23,117 nt of DNA from the NCBI RefSeq assembly GCF_006345805.1, contig NW_021824757.1:1-23117 (forward strand). The letters are read 5' to 3'. Below are positions 22,080 through 23,117 of this stretch, in pieces. Below the pieces are notes generated by a model that was not told the origin of the DNA, ran no database searches, and saw only the letters and a list, made by a program, of their open reading frames with translations. Both the position numbers and the translations under genes were made by a program. Position 1 is the stretch's first letter. The number at the start of each line of letters is the position of its first letter. Source of the DNA: Octopus sinensis (lineage: Eukaryota).

Positions 22080-22835
22080 GTACAGACATACATACATACA
22101 TAAATACACACATACATACATTTGTACATACATACATTTGTACATACATACATATGTACATAAATACATATATACATACATACATATGTACATAAATACA
22201 TATACATACATACATGCATACACACATACATATAGAGACACACATACATACATACATACATACATATATACAACACATACATACATACATACAAAAACAT
22301 CACTCACATGTTAGTATATATGTATGGTTGACTGAATGTATGAACACCCACACACTAATATATATGCATATACATACATACACAACATACATACATACAT
22401 ACATACATACAACACACACATATATATAAACACACATACGTACACACCTACATATATGTTAAGGTGTGCGTATGTATGTATGTATGTATGTAAATATGTA
22501 TGTATGTGTTTATGTATGTACGTACGCGCATATACATACGTTTGCTTTATATATTTATGTGTATACTTGTATGTATGAATGTTCGTTTGTATATATATGT
22601 ATGTGTGCGTGTGTGTATGTACATAGGACCCTGTAAAATTTCTGTGCATGCCTTATGTATATATATGTACGTATGTACGTACGCATGTAAGTCTATGTAT
22701 GTATGTATGTACGTACGTTTGTAGGTCTATGTATGTATGTATGTATGTATGTATGTATGTATGTATGTATGTATGTATGTATGTATGTATGTATACAAGC
22801 ATTTGTACGTGCGTGCGTGCGTGCGTGTGAGTGTA
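21935..22835. repeat. (TACA)n array switching to (TATG)n
   Basis: Directly visible; polarity flips at about 22455. Confidence 0.93.
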
Positions 22836-23049
22836 TGCGTAAGTACACTGACTGACTGCTAGCTGCTATATAAGACGTAAGATATTGTGCCGAAGCATCA
22901 TTTTCGCCTCGTGTCGTTGTCGAGTTCACTGTTCTAGGTTTTGTGCTACTTGGAAGCACTGACGAAAGATGGCTGTTCCACTGGACTAATTCTTATTAAT
23001 TAATTTATTTCACACCCACACACATACAGCAGATATATACACACACCGT

Positions 23050-23050
23050 G

Positions 23051-23108
<58 letters not shown>

Positions 23109-23117
23109 ATATATATA
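23050..23117. repeat. (TA)n microsatellite
   Basis: Directly visible. Confidence 0.97.

Noticed and set aside
22845-23010. TATATAAG box and CTGACGA word
   Set aside because: TATA-like words are expected by chance here. CUGACGA has no downstream stem II/GAAA/NUH.

Overview
Repeat-saturated, AT-rich metazoan genomic DNA (intronic or intergenic). The tRNA-derived SINE families and microsatellite density point to an octopus or other coleoid cephalopod; this is my recognition, not a database result. No intact host gene is supportable, and nearly all ORFs in the track are microsatellite or SINE artefacts. Recognisable content: fragments of four retrotransposon lineages (R4/Dong-like RT 2096-2990, Penelope-like RT 3745-4004, RTEX-like 3' end 15124-15537, RTE/BovB-like RT 15879-16062), about a dozen copies or fragments of three tRNA-SINE families, two MITEs with TSDs, a ~257-bp near-identical inverted duplication, and a degenerate tandem array. 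The most interesting signal is a cluster of type-I hammerhead ribozyme motifs from at least four unrelated short elements (92-154 +, 789-869 - and 13805-13890 +, twin 1014-1114 +/-, degenerate 4682-4727 -). Several have palindromic stem III (dimer-type), all sit in or beside simple repeats, and two have fold-back ends. They resemble non-autonomous Penelope pLTR / retrozyme-like elements. Folds were assigned by eye; activity is untested.
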